This document shows positions 62,560 through 64,000 of a stretch of DNA of 64,000 nucleotides, in pieces. This DNA is from Tubulanus polymorphus (Eukaryota > Animalia > Nemertea), in the NCBI RefSeq assembly GCF_964204645.1, contig NC_134027.1, positions 7,596,485 through 7,660,484 on the forward strand. Reading direction: 5' to 3'. A program made the translations under genes and the position numbers. The number at the start of each line of letters is the position of its first letter. Within the stretch, counting starts at the first letter, position 1. Below the pieces are notes generated by a model. That model did not search any database and was not told where the DNA came from. It worked only from the letters and a program-made list of their open reading frames with translations.

Positions 62560-64000
62560 CTCAGTTACTGGTTTTTAGTGAGTCATATCAATTAAAGTAT
62601 TTCATAAAAACATAATCGATTTCAAGATTTCGCTCGTAATCATTCTGAATATCACATACCAGCAGTTCTTAGATCGATTTGATGCAGTCGCACATTCACT
62701 AATGAAACATAAATTCGATCCATCCAATGCTGTCATTCCTCTTCAAACAGGCCAATTGAGCGATATCCTTAGTCGTTAATTCAGTGATAGTAATCAGCAT
62801 AATCCATCCAAAAACAGTACGCATTTATTCTTATTCCGATCACGCGCAATTGATGATATTTATTCCGTATAGTCAAGTGTATGAACTTATTATACATTAA
62901 TACTTTAAATAAACGGTTTCTTAACTTTATATTTCATTAAACTGCCGTTGTATTAATATTCAGTATGTAAGCCAGTTATTATAAATGTTCACGCCACCGA
63001 ATCAACATGCCTGCAAGTACGTGCTACCTTCCCCGTCGACGGTATTTAGTTATTCAAACATTGTGCTTGGTCGGCTGATTAATTAGATAGTAAAAAGTGA
63101 ATCAGGTCGTCCGTAACCACACGGCTACGAACTTCAATAAATATATACTTGAGGATGTAACTTTTTTGTTGATTTATGGAACACCGTGTTAAGATATTTG
63201 AAAAAGCGCAGCATGTCGTAACCGCAATTATTCCTCTACAAAAAGATAGTGATTATAAGGAATGCAATCTATGGACGAATGTTATATTACACTAATTGCC
63301 TACCAACTTTGTGTCTATCGAGAGCAAGTTTTTACGCGGTGAATCAATTTCAAGGCGGTACTCGTTCCGAAAAAATGATCGATCGAATTTTTCATAAACT
63401 TTCGACCGTTTTAGATTCGTGGTGTATCTTGCAATTAGTGTGTTTCTCACGCTTCCTCTCCTCCCAATGAGTACCAATCACGACCACTGATTTCAGGGTT
63501 ACACCTCCGTAAAATATCCATTTGATTTCAAGATTGATGATGTCGCCTGCTGCGCAGTCAGTACGCCCAACTCATCCGGTCGGACGGTAGTCTTCTCTAA
63601 AGTACATGCCATTAAAATTTTTGAAAAATCCGAAAGAATCTAGCGGAGCCTACGTAAACGGAAGTATTTTGATTTGATTTTCCCGTCCCTGTTCAATATT
63701 TCATATGCGGGCTTGAAGATAATACACCACAGCAGAAACTTGACCATTGATTTTCAAAATCCTTCGAAGGTTAATTTCAGTCAAGTTGATATGACAGTCA
63801 AATTAATTGACATTCTATAAAAGACAACGCATGACATCTCATGGAACTAAATACGTATTTATTCCAATCCAAACTTACACCTCTAACCGATAATTTCATG
63901 TGTCGAAGGCGAAAAGTGAAAAAAAAGATAAAACAAATGATCGTTGGTTCGACTTTTAATGGGACAGCGGACGGGTGTGCGCAGCATCGTCTATTTAGCA

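Overview
Eukaryotic, AT-rich metazoan genomic DNA with short spliceosomal introns, probably from an invertebrate (taxon is inference). The ends are gene-rich. The left end (1-16.3 kb) holds two intronless rhodopsin-family GPCR genes, each broken by one in-frame TGA. It also holds an intron-containing tRNA-Tyr pseudogene, a divergent 5-exon PRD-class homeobox gene, a BCL11-like C2H2 zinc-finger gene, MPHOSPH6, and CYBA/p22phox with a GC-AG intron and a U12-type intron. The right end (57.4-62.6 kb) holds ZNF277 and an unassigned 379-aa ORF. The ~40 kb between has no recognisable host gene. It is a mosaic of a near-complete APE-RT LINE whose ORF2 lacks a usable AUG, an intact Tx1/L1-type retrotransposon, a non-autonomous Helitron with a nested LINE fragment, MITEs, tandem repeats, long inverted and direct duplications, and a repeated non-coding exon-intron cassette. 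Exon boundaries were derived by hand from splice consensus and reading frame; no database searches were run.
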